In this document: positions 52,890-64,000 of the stretch, one piece after another
Layout: each line of letters starts with the position of its first letter
Position numbering within the stretch: position 1 is the stretch's first letter
Assembly (NCBI GenBank): GCA_951406725.2
Contig: OX597822.1
Span: forward strand, 68,758,001-68,822,000
DNA length: 64,000 nucleotides
Direction: 5' to 3'
Source of the DNA: Octopus vulgaris
Lineage: Eukaryota
Made by a program: the position numbers and the translations under genes
The notes under the pieces: generated by a model
Database searches by the model: none
What the model was told of the DNA's origin: nothing
What the model saw: the letters and a program-made list of their open reading frames with translations, nothing else

Positions 52890-52955
52890 TAAGACTTTAC
52901 CAGGAACATGACATAAGCAAATCCAAATACCCAATTTTCAACGATGCTGTATCAC
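52890..52955 (-). pseudogene. Degenerate Nav DIII pre-S1/S1 fragment
   Basis: *YSIVENWVFGFAYVMFLVKS; cf. [22 protein letters not shown]. Confidence 0.55.
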
Positions 52956-54644
52956 TGATGATGATGGTGATGGTTTGGAAAAACAGTAATTAAGAGCTGA
53001 AGGGAAGAGATATAGGGTGTAATTGTGTTATTGTAAAATATTCAAAAGCTATTAAACCCTTTAGCATTCAGATTACTCTGTCAAATGTATTGCTTATTTA
53101 TTCAAACTGTTTTGAATTAATCAGACATTATCTTGTAGCTTCAAGGCTTTGTTTATTTTTGGAATGACATATATTCAAGGGTACGTTCAAGAGGCAGGAT
53201 CTAGATAGTTTGAGCACAAAACAGGTAGGATATAAGGGCCAGATATAACTGGTTTAAATGCTAAAGAGTGGAGCAGAGGCATTTTCAGACATTGTAAAGA
53301 AGACAAGATATGGTTTTTGTAATGTAATTATTGAACTTGGAGCATTTGTATGGTTTGGGATATTTTAGGTTAACCCTTTTACTCTCATGATTATGCAAAA
53401 ACGTAATTCCTTTGTTTCAATAAATTTTGAGAATAATGATGAGTTTATTAAAATGTTGTTGTTGTTGGCATCCAGACTCCAGTCTGATCTGGCATTGTTT
53501 CTACAGCTGGATGCCATTCCTAATGCCAACCACTCTGTGAGTGTAGTGGGTGCTTTTTACGTGCCACCGATACAGGGGCCAGAGGAAGATGGAAACAGCC
53601 ACAATCGGTTGGTGCTTTTTACGTGCCATCAACACGGACACCAATCAAGGTGGCACTGGCATTGGCCATGTTCGGATGGTGCAATAATAGGGTAGTGATT
53701 CATGTAAAAAATTGGGGCGATAATGGGATAGCGATTCATGTAAAAACAACAAAATAAAGGGTTCATTTGGTTAAGTTTTATTTGTGAAATACAGTTGCTT
53801 TGAATCTGCTTCAGAAAGAGGTCTATGTTTGTGATGGTTAGTTAGGGTGGGGTTTCTAGGAATTTGGTCTGAGTGTCAACGGGGCAGCAGCCTGAAAAAG
53901 TTTGGGAACCACTGCATTAGACAGAATAATTTGAATGTTAAAGGGTTAAATATTAACTCCAGCTTCCTTCAAGTTAGTTTCTTATATTCTTTAACAATAC
54001 TCTTGATTGGTAGATCTTAATTCTTGATTAGTTTGCAAGTCTCTTAGACGCTAACAAAGTGAATCATCAACATTCACTTTGTTTATGCAAATCTCCTTGT
54101 CATAAAACAATAGGCTCTGTATATCATACAGATATATACTATAATCTGCCTTTTGTTTGCAGGATCTTTTGGTTTCTCTTAAAGATTCCAAGGTATTATG
54201 ATACCATAAAATACAGGTAATATTTTCTTCAACTCTGCAAATCCCGTAGCATATAAAGAGAACCATGTTACCACATAATTATTTTTCTTGCATCAGAGCT
54301 GAGTCAATTTTCTTTTTATCAACCATGGTATATCTCTAGACAGAATTACATATAAAATGGCTGTGCATTAAGTATTATTATTAGCAATCATGTAAAAAGC
54401 ACCTGCACAACATCACATAAAATACACCTGCGCTGGCACCGACTAAAAAAAGTAAAAGAGTAAACCATTAAAATGAAGTACCAGTCAAGGTAATGACTAA
54501 ACTCTGCTCCTCAGAATTACTGGCCTTGTCTCTAAATTAGAAACTGTAATTAGATTTTGTTGTCATTTTGCTCTATACTGTTAGTTTTGGTTATTATTCC
54601 TTAATTATTAATGTGGCTTTACGATTAATGTTTGTCTTTCTATT

Positions 54645-54715
54645 TCCAGTATTGCTACTGTTGCAGTGTATGACAACAAAATCCATAGAAGAGTGGACAG
54701 CAATTACATTCTTTG
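54645..54715 (+). pseudogene. Sense-orientation Cav DI pore fragment
   Basis: LLLLQCMTTKSIEEWTAITF; cf. LTVFQCITMEGWTAILY. Confidence 0.55.
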
Positions 54716-54916
54716 ATGTTCTATGTTCAAATTCTATCAAAGTCCAAGCTTGCCTTTCATTTATATGGTTCTCAGTTCAGTCAAACTGCATGACACCTTG
54801 GGCAAGTATCTTCAACTACGGCCCCAGACTGACCAAAACCTTGTGAGTGAAGGCAGTGCTTCAGCATGGTCACAATCAAATGACTGAAACAAGTAAAAAT
54901 AAATTAAAGTATATCA

Positions 54917-55231
54917 GTGTGGGTGTGGGTTTGCCTTGTGTGTGTATGTGCATGCATTGCATGTATGTGTTTATGTGATTGTGTGTGTGTGTGTGTGTGT
55001 GTGCCTTGTATGTGGGTGTGCCTTGTGTGGGAGTTCCCGGTGTGTGTGTGCCTTGTGTGTGGGTGTGCCTTGTCTGTGGGTGTGCCTTGTGTGTGGGTGT
55101 GCTTTGTGTGTGGGTGTGCCTTGTGTTTGGGTGTGCCTCGTGTGTGGGTGTACCTTGTATATGGGTGTGCCTTGTGTGTATGTGTGGGGGGGTGCCTTGT
55201 GTGTGTGTGTGAGTGTGCCTTGTGTGGGTGT

Positions 55232-55270
<39 letters not shown>
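54917..55270. repeat. GT-derived minisatellite (gtgtgccttgtgtgtgg, ~17 bp)
   Basis: Directly visible. Confidence 0.9.
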
Positions 55271-55272
<2 letters not shown>

Positions 55273-56242
55273 CACATGTGTTTATGTGCAGCCATGTCTA
55301 GAAATCACATGGCAATTATAAATGAGAATCGCTGTCATTCAAACAAGGAAAAAAAAAGATAAAAAACATGCCTAACCATGGAAAAATACTACCAAACTTG
55401 AAAACAGCTGAGAGTTGGGAACATGAAGGGTCGACCAGCTATGGAAAATCTGCTGCAACAAATTTCTGTCTGGCCCATATATGCATAGGAAAGTGGGGCA
55501 TTATATGATAAGAATAAGAAATACTGTGTAATTAAAATGGTGTTGCACTACAGAGAGATCCTAGATTGCATCAAATAAAATAAAAAGAAATCTAACCAAC
55601 TAACTGTCATTAAATTGCTTACCAACAAACTCCAACTTCTGGCTTGCAACACACGTTATGTTTCTTCATTCTACTACTACTGACTGGTCTTATCCAACCT
55701 CTACTTATTGTGTCCACAACCCTGAACACTCTCTGAAGCCCTTTCTCCCAGCACATCATTCCGCTAGAATTCTTTCTCTCTCTCCACCCATGTTTTTCTT
55801 GCAGCTGTTAAAGAGAGACATTAACTGCATTGATCTCGTCTGTCTCGGAGGGCCTGTGAAAGCCATGACTACATTCCCGTCAAACTAAACCATTAAATTG
55901 ATATTGTTGGGAGGATCATTTTAACGATAGGTAGTCTCTTGAGTCTGAAAAAGAAAGGTATGAAATTTCTTGCTGAACAACCAGCACACATGATTTGTGT
56001 TTACAGTGATCAAATGTTTCTGCTGTACTGTATCTCATTCCCTCCATGAAATTGCCATTACTTGTACAGTTGCATGTTGTGCCACATGTCAGATGCCAAA
56101 GTGGTCACAGGGCAACATGAGATGAGTGTTTTGCTCTAGAACACAATACACCAGGAACTAAACTCATGATTTTGCAATCATGAGAGCAACACCCTAACCA
56201 CCCGGTCACATGCCCTCACAGGAGAGTCATAATACTGTTACT

Positions 56243-56288
<46 letters not shown>

Positions 56289-56882
56289 TCTATTTCTATT
56301 TCACTTTACTCTTCCACTCTTTTACTTGTTTCAGTCATTTGACTGTGGCCATGCCGGAGCACCACCTTTAGTCGAGCAAATCGACCTCAGGACTTATTCT
56401 TTGTAAGCCTAGTACTTATTCTATCGGTCTTTTTTGCCGAACCGCTAAGTTACAGAGACGTAAACACACCAGCATCGGTTGTCAAGCGATGTTGGGGGGA
56501 CAAACACAGACACACAAACATATACACACATATATACGATGGGCTTCTTTCAGTTTCCGTCTACCAAATCCACTCACAAGGCTTTGGTCGACCCAAGGCT
56601 ATAGTAGAAGACACTTGCCTAAGGTACCACGCACTGAAACTGAACCCAGAACCATGTGGTTGGTAAACAAGCTACTTACCGCACAGTCACTCCTACACCT
56701 TTGTTTATCATTATAAATCCATTATTTAACCATTTAACCAATTAACTAATCAATTGTTTGATTAATTGTTTAGTCAATCAATCAGGTAGGTTGATAATAA
56801 AATAGCAAACTGAGCTCTTTTCCAGTTTTCCAACTCAGTGTCCAAGATCAAATCCAATTGAGAAACCTAGGCCATTAATAAT

Positions 56883-57098
56883 CTAAATGTTGTTGCTATG
56901 ACAATGAAACAGTTGTAACATTTGAGATTTGGAAAGCAGATGTAGAATTTAAGAGAGGTAGGAAAAAAACTATAAAATAAAATAAAGGATGAATATGGTT
57001 TCAAAAAAAAAAAAAAAAAAACGGAAAACCAAGATGTTAGTTATTGACAATAATTTCCACATAGCCACAATGTCAGGAAGATGGATTTACTTATGTAT
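56883..57098 (+). pseudogene. Sense-orientation S1 and DIII pore fragments
   Basis: LNVVAMTMK (cf. LNVVTMAME); LLTI/FHIATMSGRWIY/MY (cf. LxLFQVATFKGWMDIMY). Confidence 0.55.
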
Positions 57099-57119
57099 GT
57101 ATAAAAAGGAAGTTAGTAG

Positions 57120-57405
57120 CAACTCAATACTTTGGTGAATAATACAAGCAGTGAGTTCATAAAAAATGCAGTGGCATTACTAATAGACTTGTTGCACAGC
57201 AGCTCTTTAAATGGCTCAAAACATGATGCTTCCAGTCTGTGTTCAAAGACCATAGCCTGCAATAGCAGAACACTATACGCAGTAGGTAAGTTCTGTTGCC
57301 AAGGAGATTAGGATCAATGCTGAAGAAACAAACAAAATACTGTAACCAAGACATGTTAATTAGAAAGCGCTAATACAGCTTCAGTTCATTTCTATGCGTA
57401 CAACG
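57120..57405 (-). pseudogene. Degenerate contiguous S2-S3-S4-S5 fragment
   Basis: IEM/LKLY*RFLINMSWLQYFVCFFSIDPNLLGNRTYLLR...WKHHVLSHLKS. Confidence 0.55.
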
Positions 57406-60324
57406 ACAGGACTTAGAGACTGCTATAATATGCAGGTGCAGCCGTAATTGTGTGGCTACAAAGCTTGCTTCCCAACCGTGTGGTCTTGGGTTCAGTCCCA
57501 CTGTGTGGCACCTGGGTAAATGCTTTCTATTATAGCCTCAGGCTGATCAAAAATTTGTGAGTGGATTTTTTAGATGGAGACTGAAAGAAGCTTGTAATGT
57601 ATGTATGTGTTTGCGTGTGTATGTATATGCATGTGTTTGTGTTTGTGTGCATGTGTGTGTGTGTGCGTGTGTCTTTCTGTTTGTCCCCCACCACCACCAC
57701 CACTTGACATCTTATTTTTTTATTGCCCACAAGGGGCTAAACATGGAGGGGACAAACAAAGACAGACAAAGGGATTAAGTCAATTACATCGACCCTAGTG
57801 CGTAACTGGTACTTAATTTATTGACCCCAAAAGGATGAAAGACAAAGTCGACCTCGGCGGAATTTGAACTCAGAATGTAAAGGCAGACGAAATACCTATT
57901 TCTTTACTACCCACAAGGGGCTAAACACAGAGAGGACAAACAAGGACAAACAGATTAAGTCGATTACATCAACCCCTGTGCGTAACTGGTACTTAATTTA
58001 TCGACCCCGAAAGGATGAAAGGCAAAGTCGACCTCAGCGGAATTTGAACTCAGAATGTAACAGCAGACGAAATACTGCTACGCATTTCGCCCGGTGTGCT
58101 AACGTTTCTGCCAGCTCGCTGCCTGACAGCTCACCACTTGACATCTGATGTTAGTTTGTTTACATCCCTATAATCTAGCAGTTCAGCAGAAGATACCAAC
58201 AAAAATAAGTACTGGAGTCAATTTCCTTGATTAAAACCCTTCAAGGTGTGCCCCAGCATGGCCACAGTCCAGTGACTGAAACAAGTTAAAGATACATGGT
58301 AAAGAGAAAGAGGAAAAGTTTTAGTTAAAGTTTGGGGTTGCACCCTTCATCAGAGAATGACGGAAATACCATTTTCTCTTTTTTCACAAAGAATGTATGG
58401 CGACTACTTAGACTTTTGAACATTCGATATAAGGTAGTCATTGCCCTTCACTCATTTAATTCTGCAGAAACCACTGGTAAGCATTAATTCTATAAGAATC
58501 TTATACTACACAAATGGAGCAATTTTAGCCAAATAATTCTTCAACAACCTTCATTTAACATCAGGTGTGTTATTTGGAGACGAAAATGATCAAAATGTCA
58601 TGTTAAAAAAGACGGTGGCTGTGTGGTGAGTAGCTATAGGCGCAGAAGTGTCCATGTGGTAAGTAGCTTGCTTACCAACCACGTTTCCGGGTTCAGTCCC
58701 ATTGCATGGCAACTTGGGTAGGTGTCTTCTACTATAGCCTCGGGTCAACCAAAGCCTTGTGGGTGGATTTGGTTGACAGAAACTGAAAGAAGCCCGTCAT
58801 ATGTGTTTGAGTATCTGTGTTTGTTCCCCCAACTGATGTTGGTGTGTCTACGTCCCCATAACTTAGCGGTCTGACAAAAGAGACCGATAGGATAAGTACT
58901 AGGCTTACAAAGAATAAGTCCTGGGGTTGATTTGTTTGACTAAAAGCGGTGCTCCAGCATAGCTGCAGTCAAATGACTGAAACAAATAAAAGAATACAGA
59001 CAAGATTAATAGTCAGGAAAAGTTATAATATTTATTTCAAATTGAGGCACAAGGCCAGCAATTTTGGAGAGGGGTAAGTTGATTACATCAATCCTGCTGC
59101 TTATTTTATCAGCACTGAAAGGATGAAAGGCAAAATCAATCCCCAACAGCATTTGAACCAAGAACAAAAATTCGTAAGAAATGCTGCTAAGCATCGTGTC
59201 CAGTGCAATAATGATTCTACCAACTCGCCACCTTAAGAAAAGTTTCAATATTGATTTCAAATTTTGGCATAAGGGAGTGGGTAACTGGTACTTATTCTAT
59301 CAACTTCGAAAGGATGAAAGGCAAAGTCAACCTCAGCAGAATTTGAACTCAGAACATAAAGACGAACAAAACACCGCTAAAAATTTTGCCCAGCATGCTA
59401 ACAATTCCGCCAGCTTGCTGCCTTATAGGAAGTGTTATGATATTCTTTTCTACTCTAGGAACAAGGCCCGAAAGTTTGGGAGAGGGGGCCAGTCAATTAG
59501 ACCGACACCAGTGCACAACTGATACTTAATTTATCGCCCCGCCAAAAGGATGAAAGGCAAAGTCAACCTTGGCGGAATTTGAACTCAGAACATGAAGACA
59601 GATGAAATATTGTTAAGCATTTTGCCGCCTTATAGGAAAAGTTACAATATTAGTAACAAGAACTCATGTCAGACAATCAAAATTTTAGTTAATCAAGTAC
59701 ATGCATACCTCAATTTATGTGGGTAATTGGTTCCAAGACATCGAACTCATCTCAAAAAAATGATATAACACTCAAAAAAATTTCTTTTAATTTATTAGCT
59801 CATATTTGTTTTAATAAGTGATTTGTACACCATTTTCACATGCATCTTATTTCATTTTGCACTTCAATATTGGATTTCAGGCATTTTTTTATTTCTAATT
59901 TTGATGCTTTTAAATATATTCACTGATAAATTGACTAAAGTTGAGGCTTATTTATTTCCATTAATTACCGAAAAAATCATATGAAGTTGGGAAAGACATA
60001 ACTTGTAATGACGTGAATTGAAGTATGCCTGTATAAGTAAGAACCAATTTTAATTTAACAAAAATTATTTTATCTATTGAAAGTAAGCTTTAACAAATAA
60101 ATAAAGAGTTCTACTGAAAATGCAAGAAATACCTCAATTCAAAACCTATTCTATTCTAGAGAATAAAAACTTATTTTTAAAAATCGAATTAACAATTTTA
60201 GTTTCTCAATAAATTGTTTTTACCATTTTAAATGAAGCATAATATTCCCCTCAAATAAATGTAAATAATGGTTTAAAACTGATATTATCGATTACCAAAA
60301 GGAATTATATTTAAGAATGAGATA

Positions 60325-60880
60325 ATCTTTGGCAAAGACCAAGAGAAAATGTTCCAGGAGTTTGCCAAAAATAATCTTCTGTTGCTTTATCCATAATTAG
60401 AATCAATATCTCTAAGTTAATTTCTCCACAGTCCTTTCTTCACAAAATGTAGAAAACATTTCCAGATTAATGATCTATTTGGTAATTAAATTTTTTATAA
60501 CACCAAAAAAAAAAAAAAAGGAAAAAGACAAATAAACCAAATTCTCATTAGAAAAAAGAAGGAGAAAAGAAAATACCTATTTCAATATACATAAAATAAT
60601 TATTATATATGTGAAAATTAATCAATAAAGAAGAAATGAGGAGATAAATCTGTAAAGTATGACAGGAAGTTACTAGTGACCTAACACCCAAGTAAAAAAA
60701 GAGATTCAAAAGATATTATATATAAAATTACCAGTAGTTTTCATTTCTTGCTATAAATCTATGGCTGGGAAAAGCTGAACAGATAAGAAGAGGTTCTCCA
60801 TTTAATTCTATTGATAAGATAGATTAAACTCGACCAAATTTAGAATCTCATCTAAATAGTTGACACAGAACATTGTCTTG
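60325..60880 (-). pseudogene. Degenerate channel motifs (S3, S4, S5, S6)
   Basis: LANSWNIF, TMFCV, KFGRV, YLINRI and NLFLSV. Confidence 0.5.
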
Positions 60881-62403
60881 ATGTTTAAAAAGAAAAATAG
60901 ATAAACATAGGTATTCATAAGATGTTATCAAATGTTATAATGCAACATACCAAAGTACAGGTATGTATGTGAGGTAAGAACCTTGCTTACCAACCATATG
61001 GTTCCAAGTTCAGTCCCACTGTATGGCAACTTAGGCAAGTGTCTTCTACTATAGCTCTGGGCCAACCAAAGTCTTGTGAATGGATTTGGTAGATGGAAAC
61101 TGAAAGAAGACTGTCGCATATGTTTGTGTGTATGTGTGTTTGTGTCACATTGTCTTGACTTTAAATGATAGCTGTAAACGATTGTCACTGTCATACAAGC
61201 AGGGTTGTTCATTTTCAATATTCTGCTAGATGTCTGGCTTTGAAAAAAAATTGAGGGATGACAAAAAGAAGGGTATCAGACCATAGAAAATCTGCCTCAA
61301 GGAACTCCATTTGACCCATGCAACCATATAAAAGTGGACATTAAAGTGATGATGATTACGTCAAGTAGGATACTCAGAGTTAAGACAAATGCAACAGATA
61401 CAGTTTGGTACTTCACTATTTCAAGTTCAAATTCCACTGAAGCTGACTGAGCTTTCCACGCCCCATTTTTTTTTTTTTTTTTGTCTCTGCAGAGAAAATA
61501 GAATGAATATCAGGAATGGCTGTGTAGCTAAGAAGCTCACTTTGCAACGGTGTAGTTTAGGAGCACTATGGAGCACCTTGGGTAAGTATCATCTACTATA
61601 ACACTGGGTTGACCAATACCTTGTGAGGGAAACTGTGTGAAAGCCCATCATATGTGTGAGTGAGTTGGTGTGTATGTGTGTGTGTATGTGCATGTGTCTT
61701 TGTTTTGCCACTACCACTGCCACTTGGGAACCAGCATTAGTTTAGGGAAAGAGGCTGATAGAATAAGTGCAAGACTTAAAAAATAAGTACAGAGGGCAAC
61801 TTATCCGACAAAACCTTTGAAGTTGGTGCTCCAGTATAGCCACAGTCCAAAGACTGAAACAAGCGAAAGAAAATAAAAGAAGGGATTTATTCTTTACTAT
61901 ATATGCATAGTAGTAGAGGCACATGGCCTAGTGGTTAGAGCAGTGGACTCGCGGTTGAGGGATCGCAGGTTCGAATCTCAGACCGAGCGATGTGTGTGTT
62001 TATGAGCGAAACACCTAAGCTCTACGTGGCTCCGGCAGAAGGTAATGGCGAACTTCTGCTGACCCTTTCACCACAACTTTCTCTCACTCATTCCTCCTGC
62101 ATCTTGCAGCTCACCTGCGAGGACTGGCATCCCGTCCAGGTGGAGAACCTATACACCAAGGAAACCGGAAACCCGGCCCTCTGAGCCAGGCGTGGCTCAA
62201 GAAGGAACAAACAACAATATATGTATAGTATAGGCGTAGGAGTGGCTGTGTGGTAAGTAGCTTGCTTACCAACCACATGGTTCCATGTTCAGTCCCACTG
62301 CATGGCACATTGGGCAAGTGTCTTTTACTATAGCCTCGGGCCGACCAAAGCCTTGTGAGTGGATTTGGTAGACGGAAACTGATAGAAGCCTGTCATATAT
62401 ATG

Positions 62404-62459
<56 letters not shown>

Positions 62460-62784
62460 TGTCTTTGTTTGTCCCCCCAACATCACTTGACAACCGAAGC
62501 TGGTGTGTTTACGTCCCCGTAACTTAGCGGTTCGGCAAAAGAGACCGATACAATAAGTATACAATTTGCTCAACTAAAGGCGGTGCTCCAGCATGACCAC
62601 AGTCAAATGACTGAATCAAGTAAAAAAGTATTCATAGGATTTGAACTCAGAATGTAAAGCAACATAAATGAATCTAACAAAGCATGTTATCCACTTCTCT
62701 AACAATTCTGTCATCCACCACATTCTTAAAATTAAAATAACATCAACTAAAATTTGTTAGTAAAAATAATTTTTCATAATAGAC

Positions 62785-63590
62785 AGTAAAGAAGGTTGGC
62801 ATGTCCAGACAGCTTGAAGCCAAGACTCGTTTTTAATCTCTAATAACTGTAGTTACATGCATATATGATGAGACAGCTGCAACAAATTATGAATATTACT
62901 CTGTTTGACAAGATCAGGAATGAAGAGATCCTTTGGTATGCTGGTCTGCTTCCTTTGATGGAAATCCTTGTTGAGAGAAATTTATGTTGGTTGGGACACC
63001 TACACAGAATAGACAACAGCAGGTTCCGCAGACAACTCATTTACTCTCAACTACGCAAAGGGAAAAGAAACCGTGGAAGACCTAGAGGGAGGTTCAAAGA
63101 TACTCTCTCTTTACTCTCTTACTTGTTTCAGTCATTTGACTGCGGCCATGCTGGAGCACCGCCTTTAATCGAGCAACTCGACCCCAGGACTTATTCTTTT
63201 GTAAGCCCAGTACTTATTCTATCGGTCTCTTTTGCCGAACCACTAAGTAACGGGGACATAAACACACCAGCATCAGTTGTAAAGCAATGCTAGGGGGACA
63301 AACACAGACACACAAACACATACATGCATATATATATATACATATATACGATGGGCTTCTTTCAGTTTCCATCTACCAAATCCGCTCACAAGGCTTTGGT
63401 CGGGCCGAGGCTATAGTAGAAGACACTTGCCCAAGGTGCCACGCAGTGGGAGTGAACCCAAAACATGCACCTCCTGCTAAAAGAAATATGAAGTGGAAAG
63501 GAAATGATCATAATAAGTGGCAAACTAAAGCAAAAAACCAACCAGTATGGAGAAAGCTTATCAAGTCACGCCAAAGCCATTAACAGATGA
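62785..63590 (+). mobile_element. RTE-clade LINE 3' fragment interrupted by a family A SINE
   Basis: DKIRNEEIL...LCWLGHLHRIDNSRFRRQLIYSQLRKGKRNRGRPRGRFKDTL is the typical RTE ORF C-terminus; SINE at ~63105-63460; the LINE resumes with ...W..KAKNQPVWRKLI. Confidence 0.85.
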
Positions 63591-64000
63591 CTTACAACAG
63601 ATAATAACTGGAGTGAAATAAGTCCGATAAGAGTCATTTTACTACAGTTATACAACTAAAGCACCAGGGAAAGCATGAACATCACACTTTCCATCTCTGT
63701 ATATTCTCTTAAAATTACAAGAGCCTTAAAATATACACAGTAAAAGACTGAGGCAGAGTTTGATGGCATCAAAAGTCCACTTTCGATAATTTTTTAACTT
63801 GTCAGATGTTAAACAAACTCTATGTTCGTGTGTATGTGTGTTTTCCATGGGGGAAATGGAAAATGGAGTTAGCAAGATTCTAGATGACATCAGGTAGCCT
63901 AAACGGAGAAAGTGCTTTAATCGGCATACTACTAACCATATATAAAAGGTCCAAATAATTACTTGTGTGTGTGTGTGTGTCTGGATGTGTCGCTGCGTGG

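Noticed and set aside
57258-57300. miRNA precursor hairpins in the islands
   Set aside because: Stems too short or irregular for canonical pre-miRNAs, and no recognisable mature miRNA.
61917-61990. tRNA-Arg-like sequence (also tRNA-like heads at 15172-15244 and 42560-42642)
   Set aside because: SINE heads: no intact acceptor stem, followed by SINE body.

Overview
AT-rich eukaryotic non-coding DNA, very probably from an Octopus (coleoid cephalopod) genome. This assignment is inferred from the dense tRNA-derived SINE families, (AAT)n/(CA)n/(AT)n/(TATG)n microsatellites, RTE-type LINE remnants and Penelope-type minimal hammerhead motifs. I find no intact protein-coding gene; nearly all long ORFs in the track are microsatellite or SINE artefacts. 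The striking feature is what lies between the repeats. Roughly 40 short (50-400 nt) unique-sequence islands, spread over the whole 64 kb, translate into degenerate, indel- and stop-riddled fragments of four-domain voltage-gated cation channels. Some carry Nav-diagnostic motifs (ESVKN, LLSSxxLAFxD, FETxFIVF, YSIVEN, LPxxFNVG) and others Cav-diagnostic motifs (GIPSMQxVxK, FxCVxNxxLK, NILIxVYM, LRNG, QCMT..EWTAI). The fragments are in scrambled order, redundant, mostly without splice signals, and mostly antisense on the + strand, with a minority in sense orientation. Several islands fold into G-U-rich hairpins on the + strand. Working hypothesis: a long non-coding RNA or giant intron acting as a concatenated library of imperfectly complementary guide/ECS modules for Nav/Cav mRNAs, for example for A-to-I recoding, or a hairpin/siRNA source. 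All channel comparisons were made by eye against sequences recalled from memory and need a controlled alignment.
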